Below, piece after piece: positions 46,054-58,274 of a stretch of DNA of 64,000 nt. The stretch comes from Amphiscolops sp. MND2022 (Eukaryota), in contig OZ076417.1 of the NCBI GenBank assembly GCA_964187785.1, positions 2,418,001 through 2,482,000 on the forward strand, written 5' to 3'. The notes beneath the pieces are model-generated. The model was not told the DNA's origin. It made no database searches and worked only from the letters and a program-made list of their open reading frames with translations. The translations under genes and the position numbers were made by a program. Position 1 is the stretch's first letter. The number at the start of each line of letters is the position of its first letter.

Positions 46054-48122
46054 TTTGAAAAAAAATAAGGGTTTCTTTGGTTTTGACAACAACGATCTTT
46101 GGTGATGTCGTTGTGTTCTTTGTAATCTTATGAGTGGTATATACCTAGGAGGACTTTCTACAAATGGGGAGTAGAGTAAATTAAGTTCATCAAACCTTTG
46201 TGAAAAGAATGATTGCGCTTTTAATTAACAATGGAACCATTGAAATGGATTGCTGCAACAAAATATAGAATTGAAGAAAAGTAGTTTACCTGAATAAGTG
46301 AAGATTTTTCAATTACTAAGGGAGGTACTTTCAAATAATTGGCCCAAGGAATCAAAATTTTGTAAAACGTTGGATATATGTCTTTATTTACATGTACAAT
46401 CATTTTTGTATAATATCAATTGAATTTGTCACTGTCGCCATTAATCCTAGGTTTGATACACAATGAGACCTTTATGGAACTTTTCTGTTTTTTTTCCACA
46501 GGTACACTGCAGTCAACAACACTTGGCAGAAGATTTCTAGCATGCGAGTGCCGCGTTCCTTCTGCGGAGTAAGTTTGGCGGAAGACAGAATCTATGTGGT
46601 GGGCGGCTGGTGTGCCGAAGATGAAGACAAAATGACAGTGGAGGTGTACAATCCTGACAGAGATGAGTGGACTGAAGTGAGTAGCGATTGGTTTCTTTTG
46701 TTCTCTTAGTTTTTGCGCTTTTCGGATGAAATTTCGCCGACACTTACAGTGGAAATGTTTTGTGAGATGACTGACACCTTCTTTTGTGAAGATCCGTTTT
46801 TTACGAGTTAATAGCATAAGATCTAAACAAGGAGCCTTGGGCGAAAAACTTCTGAGAATTCAAATTTTATCAGATGTTCAACAAGTCCTAAAACATTTAC
46901 CTTTAAAATTTTTCACCAGAAAGTTTATCAAAATTGAACTAGAGGTCACCTAGAATTCGTTTTAATGAAAAAAAAACGATGATGATAAAAATTTGCCCCT
47001 TTTTGTTTTCGCTCTTTTTGTCGTATTACTGTTGCCAATTAGACTCGCTAGCTTTTGACGGCCGTTGCAGCAAAGTCTTGTCGCAAACTCCATTGGCATC
47101 TCAATGAAAGATTGATGCTAGACTAGCGTATTACTTCATTTGGTAGGCGCCGCAAGCGACCCTCAGACTGAATTGCAGTTGCGGAAAAAAGACGCTCTAT
47201 GTCTACGCCACTCCCCGAAAAGCAAAGGTTGTCTGTATGTACGTAGGTACACCTTGTGAAATGTTATTTCATAACTGAATTATTAACTGAAATCGTTGAA
47301 AAAATTAACTGTAACTGATTAGTTATTTCTTTATTTATTCAACTGTAACTGTAACTGAAATTAGAAATCAATTCAGTTGCTAACACTAATGCTAGTTTTA
47401 AAATGCTTTCGGTTGCTTTTGAGGACATTTCGATATGAAATTTGTTGCAGGGTCCGCGAATGACGACGGCCACAGAAGCTACTCAATGCGTCAGCTGGTG
47501 AATTCAGGGAATGAAATTTAATTGTTTCTGCTAGCTCTAATTTTTCCACTGGAAGTGAATGGCCAAAATCTTTCATGAACAATATCGTGACAAAATCAGA
47601 GACCGAACGAAATAATCTGAGAACTTGTTACTAATCTATCACTGGCCAAATCATTTCCTTTGTATTGGATCTACTTGATTATTTGATGTTCAATCTGTAA
47701 TTCAGGAGTTGCAGCGAATCACTACTAGAGAAAAACGTTCTGAAACGATTTTGAAAGGGAATCGAAACACAAAAATTGAAACATTTGAAGGGTGAATTTG
47801 TTTTGAAATCAAAAATGCGATCAAGGTTGCCAAAAAAGGTGTGATTCAACTGACACATCCCGAACTATTTTCTGCAGTTTTTGAGAAGTGCTGATTATAA
47901 AAGCTGATATTCCTCAGTTTCTAAATGAACAGAATACCTGTCTGTCCTTTTTCTCCTTAGCAATTCTTGATACTGTTCTTGAATTCAGCAAGTATCCAAT
48001 TCAGTAATCTGCAGTAATTCCGATGAATACTTTTTCAACGTGTCATTTTATTGTTGCATTTTATTGCTATCTCTCCATATTAACTGAATTATAAACCCAA
48101 CGAGCTAGAACGTCTCATTGTA

Positions 48123-48752
48123 CTAACCAGGATTTCATCTTGGATATCTTGGATCTTGGAAATCTTGGTACGATCTTGGATCTTGAATATCTTGGCAAGA
48201 TCTTGGATTTTGTCTTGACATCTCGAAAAATTACGATAACGTATTCTGGCTTCCAAAACTCTGACGAGAAATCTAATAACTCCTCAACTGTTTAAGACTG
48301 AGAAAGGCGAATGTATCAACTGAAAGGTCATTTCAAGGGCTTTTCAAAACTTGTAATTTATCACTTCTATAGATTCTTGAGACGGGGAAAATGCTCTCTA
48401 ACGACCAGAGCCACTATCGGAAAGTTACAAAGGAAACACCTAAAAATCAGGAAATTTTTGTAAATTGATACCTCTAGCTTTCTTTAAACCTGTTTCAAGA
48501 GCCTTATTACTGCTAGAAACAGCGGTCAGCTCGAGGCTTTTCTGACCCCGTTGTTTACGACAGTTTGCAATTGCTAGATCAATTTAATCACTCCCTAAAT
48601 AAGATTCTTAGATTTCCAGTCGAAATATCCAAGATGAAATCCAAGATCTTGTCAAGATTTCCAAGATGATCTCCGATTTCTTCGAAGATCTTCCCAGAAC
48701 GTGCAAGATCTTGGAAGTTCTTGGCAAGATATTCAAGATTTCGAACGCTGGG
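48123..48752. mobile_element. MITE/foldback-like element with opposed TCTTGG and CCAAGA motif arrays
   Basis: GGATTTCATCTTGGATAT (~48128) is the exact reverse complement of ATATCCAAGATGAAATCC (~48624). Many AAGATCTT motifs. Confidence 0.45.
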
Positions 48753-49339
48753 AATGCTCTCAGTTGGTTCCAAGCATTCGCGAAGAACTATTCAAAGACA
48801 AGCTCTTTGATCAAGAAATCGAAAGTTTATTGGAGTTCCTAAATGAAAGAAACGATTTTGGGTTTTTACGATTTTATTTACGCAGGAGTTTATAATTTTC
48901 ATTTTGAGTAAGTTAAACTTTGAGATTGTACAACGTTGTACGATTGAGCACAAATTATTCATTTTCCCTCCTGTAACAACTATTGTATTCGGCATCGACA
49001 AGGCATGAACGTCAAGCGTCAGACAGATTTGTTTCCTCGAAACTGAAGATCAATTCAAAAGCATTTAGGACATTTCCATACAATTTGAAAGGGTTACTTC
49101 CAATTGACTTTGTAATGAGTTTTCATTGAACTTTCATTGATGTTGATGTCTGGTACACTTATAAATAATGATTTGATTTTCATTCGTTTCTTCAAAATTT
49201 CTTGATCAAGATATTGTTTTCTGTTAATGATAGCTTTTGATGACATTTAATTAAACACTGATTCTGTTTGTTTTCCTTAAATCTGCCAAAAAAATTTTCT
49301 GTCATTTATGCATCGTTTCGAGATATCCCGCTACTCATT

Positions 49340-49528
49340 TTAATGGATTGTTTCCCATCCCATATAACAATCAAGATTTAGTTTCAAGTTGGTACCTTTT
49401 TCGTCAATAATTGTCATCGTCATATCGACGAGTGGGAAGTTTACCGTGCCGTTTGCAGAGTCCAGTACTGCTTGGTGATTTCGCATGAGCTTCAGGCCGA
49501 ATATTGGAAAAGAGGTCTTAGATAACAC
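49340..49528 (-). pseudogene. Retroviral-type aspartic protease C-terminal remnant
   Basis: FPIFGLKLMRNHQAVLDSANGTVNFP resembles the ILG.DFL...a.ID...G.L motif. Confidence 0.4.
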
Positions 49529-50184
49529 TGCCCATGCGTCAGTGAATGTGTAGGATAGTTTGAATTGTATTCATTTGTAGCCATTGTTCCAGTTGGGAGT
49601 TTGCGCCTTCTATGTTAAATAGCGGTCGCGGGTGTTCCTTGATGAAGCATCGTCGTCACGTTGCTTCATCGTTTTTTTTCAGTAGGTGTCATGCCCGGAA
49701 CAGCATGAAGGTTGACTACACTTATCGCCATTGTGTCGCTTCCAATTACGGGCTATCAGTCGTCAATGGGTATATGTACCAACTTCAATACTCATCATTC
49801 CACCTTATTTGAAACTACATGCAGATATTACTGGAATAACCAGTCATTTGTGTTCAAAACCTTGCATTTCCATACCATCGCAGTATCATGTAGTACATCC
49901 AATCCCATTTTTACTATTAGTAACCCATGTAGTAGTGATTAAGCCTTGTTGCTATTTCATTTAAACAAACATCCGTACATGTACGACTGGATCACACAGT
50001 CATCGTATTTCATCTTTTCAATTATCATCTTGTCCTTGAGCGCAATAACAATGTAAAGTTACCATTACGAGCAAAGTACACAGTCGTTACTTTAAACCCA
50101 GATTAGTGAAATTAGTGTACTCGAAAGTAGGTGCTAAAGCTACTAAAGCGTACAGTAGTAGTGCGATTACCAGTAAGTTATTTG

Positions 50185-50800
50185 GTTGCCACGGCGACCT
50201 GAGCACACTGTCGTTCTTTTCACCACAATTGTAATGGTTGCTAAATTAACACCTGTCTGTTGATAGCGCTATAGTTGGCAAATACTGAAGGTGATGAGAC
50301 GCTGGAAATAGGAAAGAGTAGCCATTACAACATTTTGTACCCAATACGTTCAGTTGCTATTTTGCTCAGTAAAATCACATAAAATCCTCAACTTTCGTAA
50401 ACTTCACTCAGTTATGTCTACTTACTAACAATTAAACCTTCAATTCTCCGTACTTTTTATTCATATGGTAGTTACCAGATCTCAAACCAACAGGAATAGT
50501 TTACCAGAACCAGAAACAATGATGGATAACGAAAGTGAATCAAACGTACCCGAAGTACTCTCTAGAGCCAAATGGTTGAATTTGATGAAGGTGACGTACT
50601 AAATAGAAATACTAATGTAAAACACAATAACAGAGAACGAAGGTTTTCTGACATGAGTCGTCAGATCGGTGAAATAACAAATATTGTACTATCTCTTACT
50701 GAAAGGTTATCCTCTAATACCAGAGAAGGGAACGGTTTAAATACGCTATCCTTTGACCCTAACGGCCGCTCCGTAGAATGGCTAATTTCAACGGCGGTAG
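50185..50800 (+). mobile_element. Decayed LTR-retrotransposon 5' end (PBS-like sequence and gag start MVVTRSQ)
   Basis: TGGTTGCCACGGCGACC at ~50183, ATG at ~50466, then a frameshifted helical ORF 50572-50982. Confidence 0.35.
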
Positions 50801-51206
50801 TTCTCGTCGTCTTTTTGAGGGTGAGGCTGGTAAACAAAGTCCCCAGTTCGATCCCTGGTAATCTTTTTCTCACCCATAGCTTCAATCAATATTATCACAT
50901 TCTCACCTTATCACCTAATATTATAACTAATCTTTCTAAACTACCTTCCTTCGGCTTCATTCGGAGTCTCGCATTCCTCTAGTCGTGACTACAGATGTGT
51001 CCAACTTTCTCTGAACAGGCGGGTACTACTAATGATGTTTCTAGCTTGTTTCATCAAAACGCTCTGTCAATTTTATTTAGTGTTAGTCAATTTGGGTCCC
51101 TTAACTTCTAGGTGTCAAGATCCCAGTTCTTCCAGAGATTTCACAACTACAGTCTTGAGTAGTCACCTCTTTTGATTCATGTGAATTCATGTTATTTGCA
51201 TTAAAA

Positions 51207-51455
51207 GCGTGGTAAAATTGATAAAGTTCTCAGCTGCTCTAAAATTAGAACGGCCTCTTAATGAAACCTGCAAAACTTTGCGGCGCAGAATTGTCGCCAA
51301 ATTTAGGATACATCTTATAGGCAGCTTGATGATATTAATTTGCATCAGTGAAGTTTTAATGCATGGACGTTTCCTTGAGAATTTTTTAAAATCATGAAAA
51401 ATTAGCTTGGTAGCCTACAAAAACTTGTAAAATGGTCAAGCAGTTCCAACCAGGG
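51207..51455. repeat. Dispersed repeat with an inverted second copy at ~59100-59347
   Basis: About 250 bp aligning as a reverse complement with many substitutions. Confidence 0.8.
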
Positions 51456-52201
51456 AAACCAATTTTTCACAAACCTCAAATGCATCTTCCCTATTTTATG
51501 TGACTCAAAAGACAAATCAGATTATGTGTTTACTTTTTGTTCTAAAAGAAACATGAGCGCACTCAGGTTATTTGATTCATAGTGTCTTTCCAAAACTGAA
51601 ATAAAACTTGTTCAAAACTTTTCACGCTTCAATTGGAACTGAAACTTTTATTGAGCGTTCCTTGGTGTTGTTATTTTCGAATTGACTAAGTTATTGATTC
51701 CAGTTATTGAAAGTCTCCGTTGTTGAATGTTTGTTATTGAAAGGTTATGGTACAGAAAGAATTTAAATTATCAAACAGGACAACTTTTTTGATACGTTTG
51801 ACGTTTCGAAGCAATTGTGTTGAACCAACTAATTGAGCGTAATTGTGGTAAAATGGGCATTTTAACAATCTTTCACTTCATGCTGAGAGGTCCCTTAATG
51901 ACTTTTTCCATCAACTTTATTAGTCCTGCGCATAATGTAATTGATCGGAGTAAATGGTGAATCAAACCACGGCAGGTAAATACCTCGTGAATCAATCATC
52001 GAATTATCAAATATCCTCTTGCCGCAAAGTTTCATCATTCTGCGTGGTTTTCAAAACTATCTCAAAATCTCAATGAAAGATCTTGAATCTCAAGTATTTT
52101 TGAACAAAAACCAAGATTTCTGAAAACTACAAGTTTGATATGTCAACAAATTATTAGAAAGGTTGTTGTTTTGTTAGACATAAATATGAAGTGTTTTGAC
52201 T

Positions 52202-52783
52202 CTAAGGATTTTGACCCTGTGGATCATTGTCGTTCTGCGGGTTTTGGTCATCTTGGGGATTTTGGTCTTCAACAGGATTCTGATCTTCTACAGGATTCTG
52301 ATCTTCTACAGGATTCTGATCTTGTACAGGATTCTGATCTTCTACAGGATTTTGGGTGTTTTGGTTGTCTGGGGGATTTGGAACGTTTCTGGAAGCTGCG
52401 CTGGGTCTTACGCGCACAGGTACTGGCACCCATCCCAGAAAAAACTTTGGTTCAAACTTGAGATACCCTTTGGACCTGAATTCAGCGCGAACTTCACTTC
52501 TGATATCATTGATGTCGCTCTGTGTCGCTCCTCGGGGGGTTTTCTCAACCACTTTCCTATTTATGACTTCCTCCAACTGACGAAGACCCAAAGTGATGCC
52601 ATCTTCCATTGCTTTCTTCAGAGACGCGTCGATGTTGTCTATTCTCCGGGCAGGTAGATTGTCAAACAACCCGGAACGGGCCAAGCCATGCGCCATCTTG
52701 TTGAGAAGCAGGGATTCCACTGCCATTCCATTCAATCTGTCCGTTAGCAACTTGCCGCTAGTCGCAATCAGACGGCATGTCAA
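52202..52783 (-). CDS. Orphan exon/ORF with a C-terminal (DQNPVE)n repeat
   Basis: 193 codons open. Candidate acceptor TTCTTTCCAG at ~52797. The 18-bp repeat preserves the frame. Confidence 0.45.
   Translation of the reverse strand: MTCRLIATSGKLLTDRLNGMAVESLLLNKMAHGLARSGLFDNLPARRIDNIDASLKKAMEDGITLGLRQLEEVINRKVVEKTPRGATQSDINDIRSEVRAEFRSKGYLKFEPKFFLGWVPVPVRVRPSAASRNVPNPPDNQNTQNPVEDQNPVQDQNPVEDQNPVEDQNPVEDQNPQDDQNPQNDNDPQGQNP
52272..52351. repeat. 18-bp minisatellite ACAGGATTCTGATCTTCT x about 4.5
   Basis: Units at 52272, 52290, 52308, 52326 and 52344. Confidence 0.97.
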
Positions 52784-54129
52784 AGTCGTAAAGCGGCTGG
52801 AAAGAATTGTTTGGAACTCAGTTTAATCCCGGGTCTCCTTTTTTTAAGAATGGACCGTACAAAAGATTCAAAAGAGAGATAACACCAGTTGAATAATTGA
52901 AATACGAGTCCGTTGTATAACAGTTTATTTGAGTTCTTTCACCGGTAACGCGTATTGAAAGGAGGGATCCTTTCTGTTAAGCTGTCAAGTGAAAATATCA
53001 CTGAATTAATAATAAGAACCAATCAACTTGCAGTATTTTATATCTCTGACTGCAACTGAAACTCATCGGTGATACTGGTGGGGAATACATTTTCGGCCTT
53101 ACTGTAGGGGGTGGGAATTAACAGAAAAGATCCGAACGTGATTCTAGCTCGATTGGACGACCGCTCATGTGGAATTTTTGAATTCTTGGCGTTAAGTAAT
53201 ATCCCATTATTTTTGCGCGAAGCACAGATTATAGATTGAACAAATCTTCAGACATCCCAGGATGCGTAAGTCAGTAAAAACAGCTGAAAAGGTGAATTTA
53301 GTGTATTTCGTTAATGCTTTTCGTATAAGACTTTTAGAAAGAGTAGAGTAAATTTGGTTGTTTGAGCTCAGTAGAATTTGAGTCAACAAAGCGATTGACT
53401 CATTCGGCTAAGATAAAATCAATCGCTTAGAGCGAACTTTCCTAAGTTTTCTTTTTGTGCAAAATCAAGAGGTATGTAAAAAAACACCACCCCCTGTCCC
53501 GGAGAACTACCGAACCGATCCCGCTGAAATTTGGCACACGCATACCTGAGCTGTTATGCTACTCGTCAATGAAAACGAAACCGAGCCAGTACCCCCGGTA
53601 CCGGGCTATTAGCACCGGAAGTGACCTAGGTCGACCCCTACGAACTCGTCGGCGAAGCACGGAATAAGTCATGCTATATATGGAATTGGTAGCTCATAGG
53701 ATTTTAAGCCGTTTGCGAATAAATTCGGATCTCTACGATGCGTGTGGAAGGAGCACGGACCTATGTAAACAAACCCTGAACGTTATGTAAATAGCCACCA
53801 GTTGACCCGAGGATCATGAAACTTGCCTAAAATGTTCGCCTAGCTACCCTAAGTAATATACATGAAAGATACTTTAATCGGTCCACGACCCAACGAGCCT
53901 CCTGAGTATTGCTTGTTTAAGGCACGCGGGACCGGAGGCGCGGGTCCGACTGATAATTGACATCTGACTTTGGCTTGTAATACCTCAAACGAACGGGAAT
54001 AACGAATCTACTCCGAAAAAGAAAGTTTTTTTCCGAAACGACAAGAGCAAGTTAACAGTTCATCAAAAATGGGTCAAACAGGAAACAAAGCGTCCTCGCG
54101 ATCAGATCGAAAAAGATTGAGGCCTTACA

Positions 54130-54660
54130 AATTCATCATACAAGTCAATATACAGCAAGATATTGGAGGAGCTCAATATCGGGAAAACTATCACAAATCA
54201 GTTTTCGGGAATCTGCAAACTGATAAAGCTTTCCTAGCATTCCAGTTTGAGCCTTGAAAGATTGTTTGAACATCGTGGCGAAACCGCTACAGTTTCTTGA
54301 TAATGCTTTCATTTTTGGAGGATATTTCCCACATGAATTGAAACAAGCTCTAACGCCAATCTTCACGAGTCGCGATACAGAAGATCCGAAAAGTTACCGA
54401 CCTCAATTACCTACAGCATCAGCAAAACTCGTCGAGAAAGAGAAAAATTGCTGAATATCTCAGTTGGAGTTTAGAAAGAAAATGTCTACATCTGATGCTT
54501 TAATTTTTGCCACTGGAATTACTTGGAGAAAAATGGTGACGATAAACAAGTAGCAGCTGCTTGCCGTGGTCTATCAAAAAGTTCGATTCAACTTCCCATG
54601 AAGTTTTGCTGCACAAGCTGGAGAAACTCAATTTTTACAAAAATTCAATCTCCATGATCT
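54130..54660 (+). pseudogene. Highly decayed LINE RT fragment
   Basis: FPHELKQA..PIF...DPKSYRP; QLEFRKKMSTSDA; LSK.FD..SHEVLLHKLE, spread across frames. Confidence 0.6.
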
Positions 54661-55489
54661 GAAATTTTCCAACAAGTCGGACCCAGTGGGAATTGTTGAA
54701 CATCCAGACGATACTTTTTCTTCACTGCCAATGAAGAAATAGAAGTAGAAATCATTCAAATAGAAAGTTTCAAAGGAAACGCAATTACGTATTTTTCGGA
54801 AGTCATCAATTGAAGTTACATGCTACTAAAACTGAATTGATCATTTTCTCCAGAAAACTGAAAAGTCACGAAATTAATTATAAATCAACTGTTTCAAATC
54901 CAAAAGTTAGCCAAACCGAAATGAGTTGATACCTTGAAATGCACTTGGATGAGAAACTCACCTCTGATATTGAGTTTGAAACTATTCTCAAGTAAATGCT
55001 TCACGGCATTAAAACTCTTTCTTCAATATTTTTCCTGTCTTTTCTGGTACTTGAACATCTGACAGTTGGCCAACATCTGATACTTGATCAACAATTAAGG
55101 TTTGTTGTTCTTCTTCTTTTTAACATTTCCAATTTTCCTATTTCACGTGTAAATTACCTCTCTAAAATGGACTTTTGAAGCTTTATATCGTGAACTTTTC
55201 ATGGGAATTTAGTGTTTTTTAGGTTATCACACATTGATCCCACAATTTTTTTGAGATGAAAACAGTGCAATGATAGCACGTGTTTTTGAATGGAACGTCT
55301 TATCGAAATTGGTGGTGTTATAAGCACCGGCCATACGACACTTTACTCCGCAAGGGTTTTGCGTTTTTATTTAAAAATGTCTGTTCTGTTTTTATAGTGG
55401 ACGGTTCATGAAGTGGAACGCGACTATGATAATGACTCTTTTTTTCAATCCACACAACTGACCAAAATGGTTCTGCAAAGTTCAACGAT

Positions 55490-55933
55490 ATTTTATGGTG
55501 TCAAATTGAACCATTTGGTCTAGCGACTTGAACCAAAAAGGTTTTTCGTGTTTTCTCGCGTAACGTACAGTACCGAGCGAGACTAAATGGTTCCCTTTTC
55601 AGTTTTTTTGGCATTGTGAGACTTTTTTTCGAAAAAATCCCGCCTTCTATTTTTTTATGTTTGGCGACAGAAGCGATGTTGGAAAATCCCAAAGGGTCCC
55701 CCTTTCAGTTTTTCGGCATTGTGAGCCTTTTTTCGAAACCCAAATCCCCACTTTTCTGATGTTTTGCAACAATGAATGTTGAAAAACCCGAAAGGGACCC
55801 CATTTTAGCGCTAATTCGGTCAATATTTTGGGTTTTTCGGGTACTATAAAAGAATGAATACTTGAGACTTTGAAGTCCTTAGCTATTTTTGAGCCTCCGA
55901 TATGCCGCCGACTTATGCCGTTTCCGGCTTGTT
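55490..55933 (+). repeat. Dispersed repeat family (copy 2)
   Basis: Same terminus (GCCGACTT...CCGGCTTGTT) and subrepeats as copy 1. Confidence 0.75.
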
Positions 55934-56655
55934 CAGGTATTCAATTCATTTTTTGTCCTTTGAGACGCCGATGATTTTGTCTGTGAGATGTTGCACTTTT
56001 TGGAACAATTGACATGCCTGCTCAAAATAGCCGACGGTCTTTGGTGTGGCTGGGGCCTTCTGAGAATTGCAGTGGGCAGTTTGTAATCAGGGGCTATCAA
56101 GTTTTGACCTATTAACTCTTGGGTCAGCGGACAACCTCTGGAAGTTCTTATCGCTTCTTTTTCCTCGGCCGTCAATCTTTTCATTCCAGACTTCAGGGCA
56201 TCGTTGATGCTTATTGGCGTGTACGCTAATGGAGGTTTATCAGTTCTAAAACAAGACCAGTTCTGAAATTGGCCACCGTAAATGAACGAAAGCTCTCTGG
56301 CTGTATAATCCAGGGCGAAATTACAAGCAGGCACTTTTTTCAGAACTGTTACCAACTCTTTGTGAATTTGTTTCATCAGGTTATAAACATGGCGATCATT
56401 GCAGATCAGAATTTTGTATCGGTCGTCGCTCATAGGGGGGTAAATAGCCAGAGAATGACGTTCCAGTTCATTTTCTAGTAAATAGTCGAAAGCCGCTTGG
56501 TTTCCCTTGTTGCAAAACTCAGTGTAGAAAGTGTTGACAAGCTCCTTGTACAAAGTAAGTTCTCTGCAAGCGTAGACCAGAAAATCTCTGTCGTTGAAGT
56601 CGAAAAACATTGAGTGGTATCGTCCTTCCCCACACATCCGGTAGTCCTGAGCCAT
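55933..56655 (-). CDS. Intronless orphan ORF (240 aa)
   Basis: ATG-initiated, protein-like composition, no recognised domain. The stop coincides with the end of the adjacent repeat. Confidence 0.45.
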   Translation of the reverse strand: MAQDYRMCGEGRYHSMFFDFNDRDFLVYACRELTLYKELVNTFYTEFCNKGNQAAFDYLLENELERHSLAIYPPMSDDRYKILICNDRHVYNLMKQIHKELVTVLKKVPACNFALDYTARELSFIYGGQFQNWSCFRTDKPPLAYTPISINDALKSGMKRLTAEEKEAIRTSRGCPLTQELIGQNLIAPDYKLPTAILRRPQPHQRPSAILSRHVNCSKKCNISQTKSSASQRTKNELNT

Positions 56656-58274
56656 TTTTGTTTGTTTCCTTGGTTACTTGGTTTTGGAGTATTCCTCCAA
56701 ACAAGGTTCTCATCCAAAAATTCCTCTTCCGGTGCAAAAAACTACCGGAATTGTTGCCAAAATTTTTAATATTCCCTCATATTTCCGTTCACTCTTCACA
56801 TATTTGAAAAGTTCTTGTTCGCCTGCATTTTTACAATAAATCCTGTAAGAATCTTACCATAAACCTTATGATTGAGCGACAGTTTTTTTTTCTAACTTCA
56901 AAGATTCTCTCTTGAAATTCTGGGCAAAATCGTGCATAATCTTGGCGTTCTTATCTTAATAACAATCTCGCTCACATTCTCATCAAGGTCTCAACAAAAG
57001 TGCAAGAATACTTCCAGCATTTTCAAAGACTTTTCAAACACTGGGTTTGAATTGTCTCCAGTTTCAAGATTTCGAAGACAAACTGCCCTTTTAAAAAATT
57101 TTGAGTCTAGGCTTATACTCAGGTTTCCGTAGTTGCTCAATTGATTTTATGGTTGATATGACTGTTACAACAGAAAAAAAGTTACCTACTACAAAAGGAA
57201 AAATGCTTACTATTTTGTGTAGCATTTTTCGGTTTTGTTTTTGCACTACCCACGTTGGAGGAAAAGAAGCTTGTTTTCAGTATCACTTTGTTGTTGCTGA
57301 TTGGAAGGAGTTTCAAACTGTTCTGTTGAGCGTCATTCGTCATTGCATTGACGTTTTACTCTTTTTTGGTTGCATCATTTCAGAATGGACAGTAAGCACA
57401 GAAGTCAAGTCTGTCGAATCTCGTTCACACTCCACTGCTATCTGCTGCTACACAATGGGTTGGGTTCTTCAGAGTTTCTGATTCATTCAATGCTGTCAAA
57501 CTACACCGTTAAGTTACAAATCCAAGATAAATTTTGGCCTTTATAGTGCTTGCAAAATTCATCTGTCGACGCGTTTTCAAGAAATGTGCCCAACTTTTAC
57601 AGGGTTTAGATTTTTTTCCCGTCCGAGCTCTGACTAGTCAACGTTTTGTCAGAAACTTTGCTTGAAGCGACACAATACAAATAACAGATGAGGTTGCAAG
57701 AAATAATGATTTCTGATGTCTTTTGAAAGTTTCAACCGATTTCGAGAATTTGAGTGTAATTATTGCGTGAATGTGATTTGCTAATCACAGTGTTGTGTCA
57801 GAGGCGATGAGTATACAAAGGATTCCACATAAGGACATAACGCTCAAAAAAGATTCATCTAAATTTGATATTTGCTTTCAATTTCGGAAGAAGTTGCTAT
57901 TTGGAGCAAACTAACAATTTGTCGGATATTTTCCAGAACCGTACTTTAACACGCAAAATACGATAAAAACGGGCGAAGGCCAGCTACCTGTGACTCAAAT
58001 TAGAAGAGTAAAACAAATGATGTTTTCCAAATTTTTAGTTCATACCAATCTGGCTTCTAACATTAAAATGAGCCGAAAACAGATTTAAAGAAAACGAAAA
58101 CAAATCCATCTTTGTTGGCATTTCTTTGCTTTGTCGATTTCACTCTTTCTTCAGTTTTCGAACCGTTCGCTAACTGACAATCCACTATTCCTTAGTCACC
58201 TGACACTGAGGTCATGCTATTATTTATTTTGTTTTCACTGCCCCAGTTTTCGCTTTCAACCCGTGACGTAGGTT

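Larger units (their letters stand above)
28781..46676 (+). pseudogene. Kelch-repeat protein gene, probably disabled; exons ~28781-29159, ~30250-30531, 45139-~45331, 46502-46676
   Basis: Kelch GG...Y...W...R repeats (IYLIGGW, IIVVGGY, MFVSGGF, LFVFGGW, IYVVGGW) with GT/AG boundaries. The phase-2 join DDK|M spans the BEL array. The ~30.3-kb exon has a TGA where Arg is expected, plus a frameshift. Confidence 0.75.

Noticed and set aside
51795-51830. Half hammerhead (CAATTGCTTCGAAACGTC on the minus strand)
   Set aside because: The CTGANGA half is absent.
53440-54000. Non-autonomous element with GAAATTTGGCAC-type motifs
   Set aside because: It looks repeat-like, but no termini, TSD or second copy is visible here.
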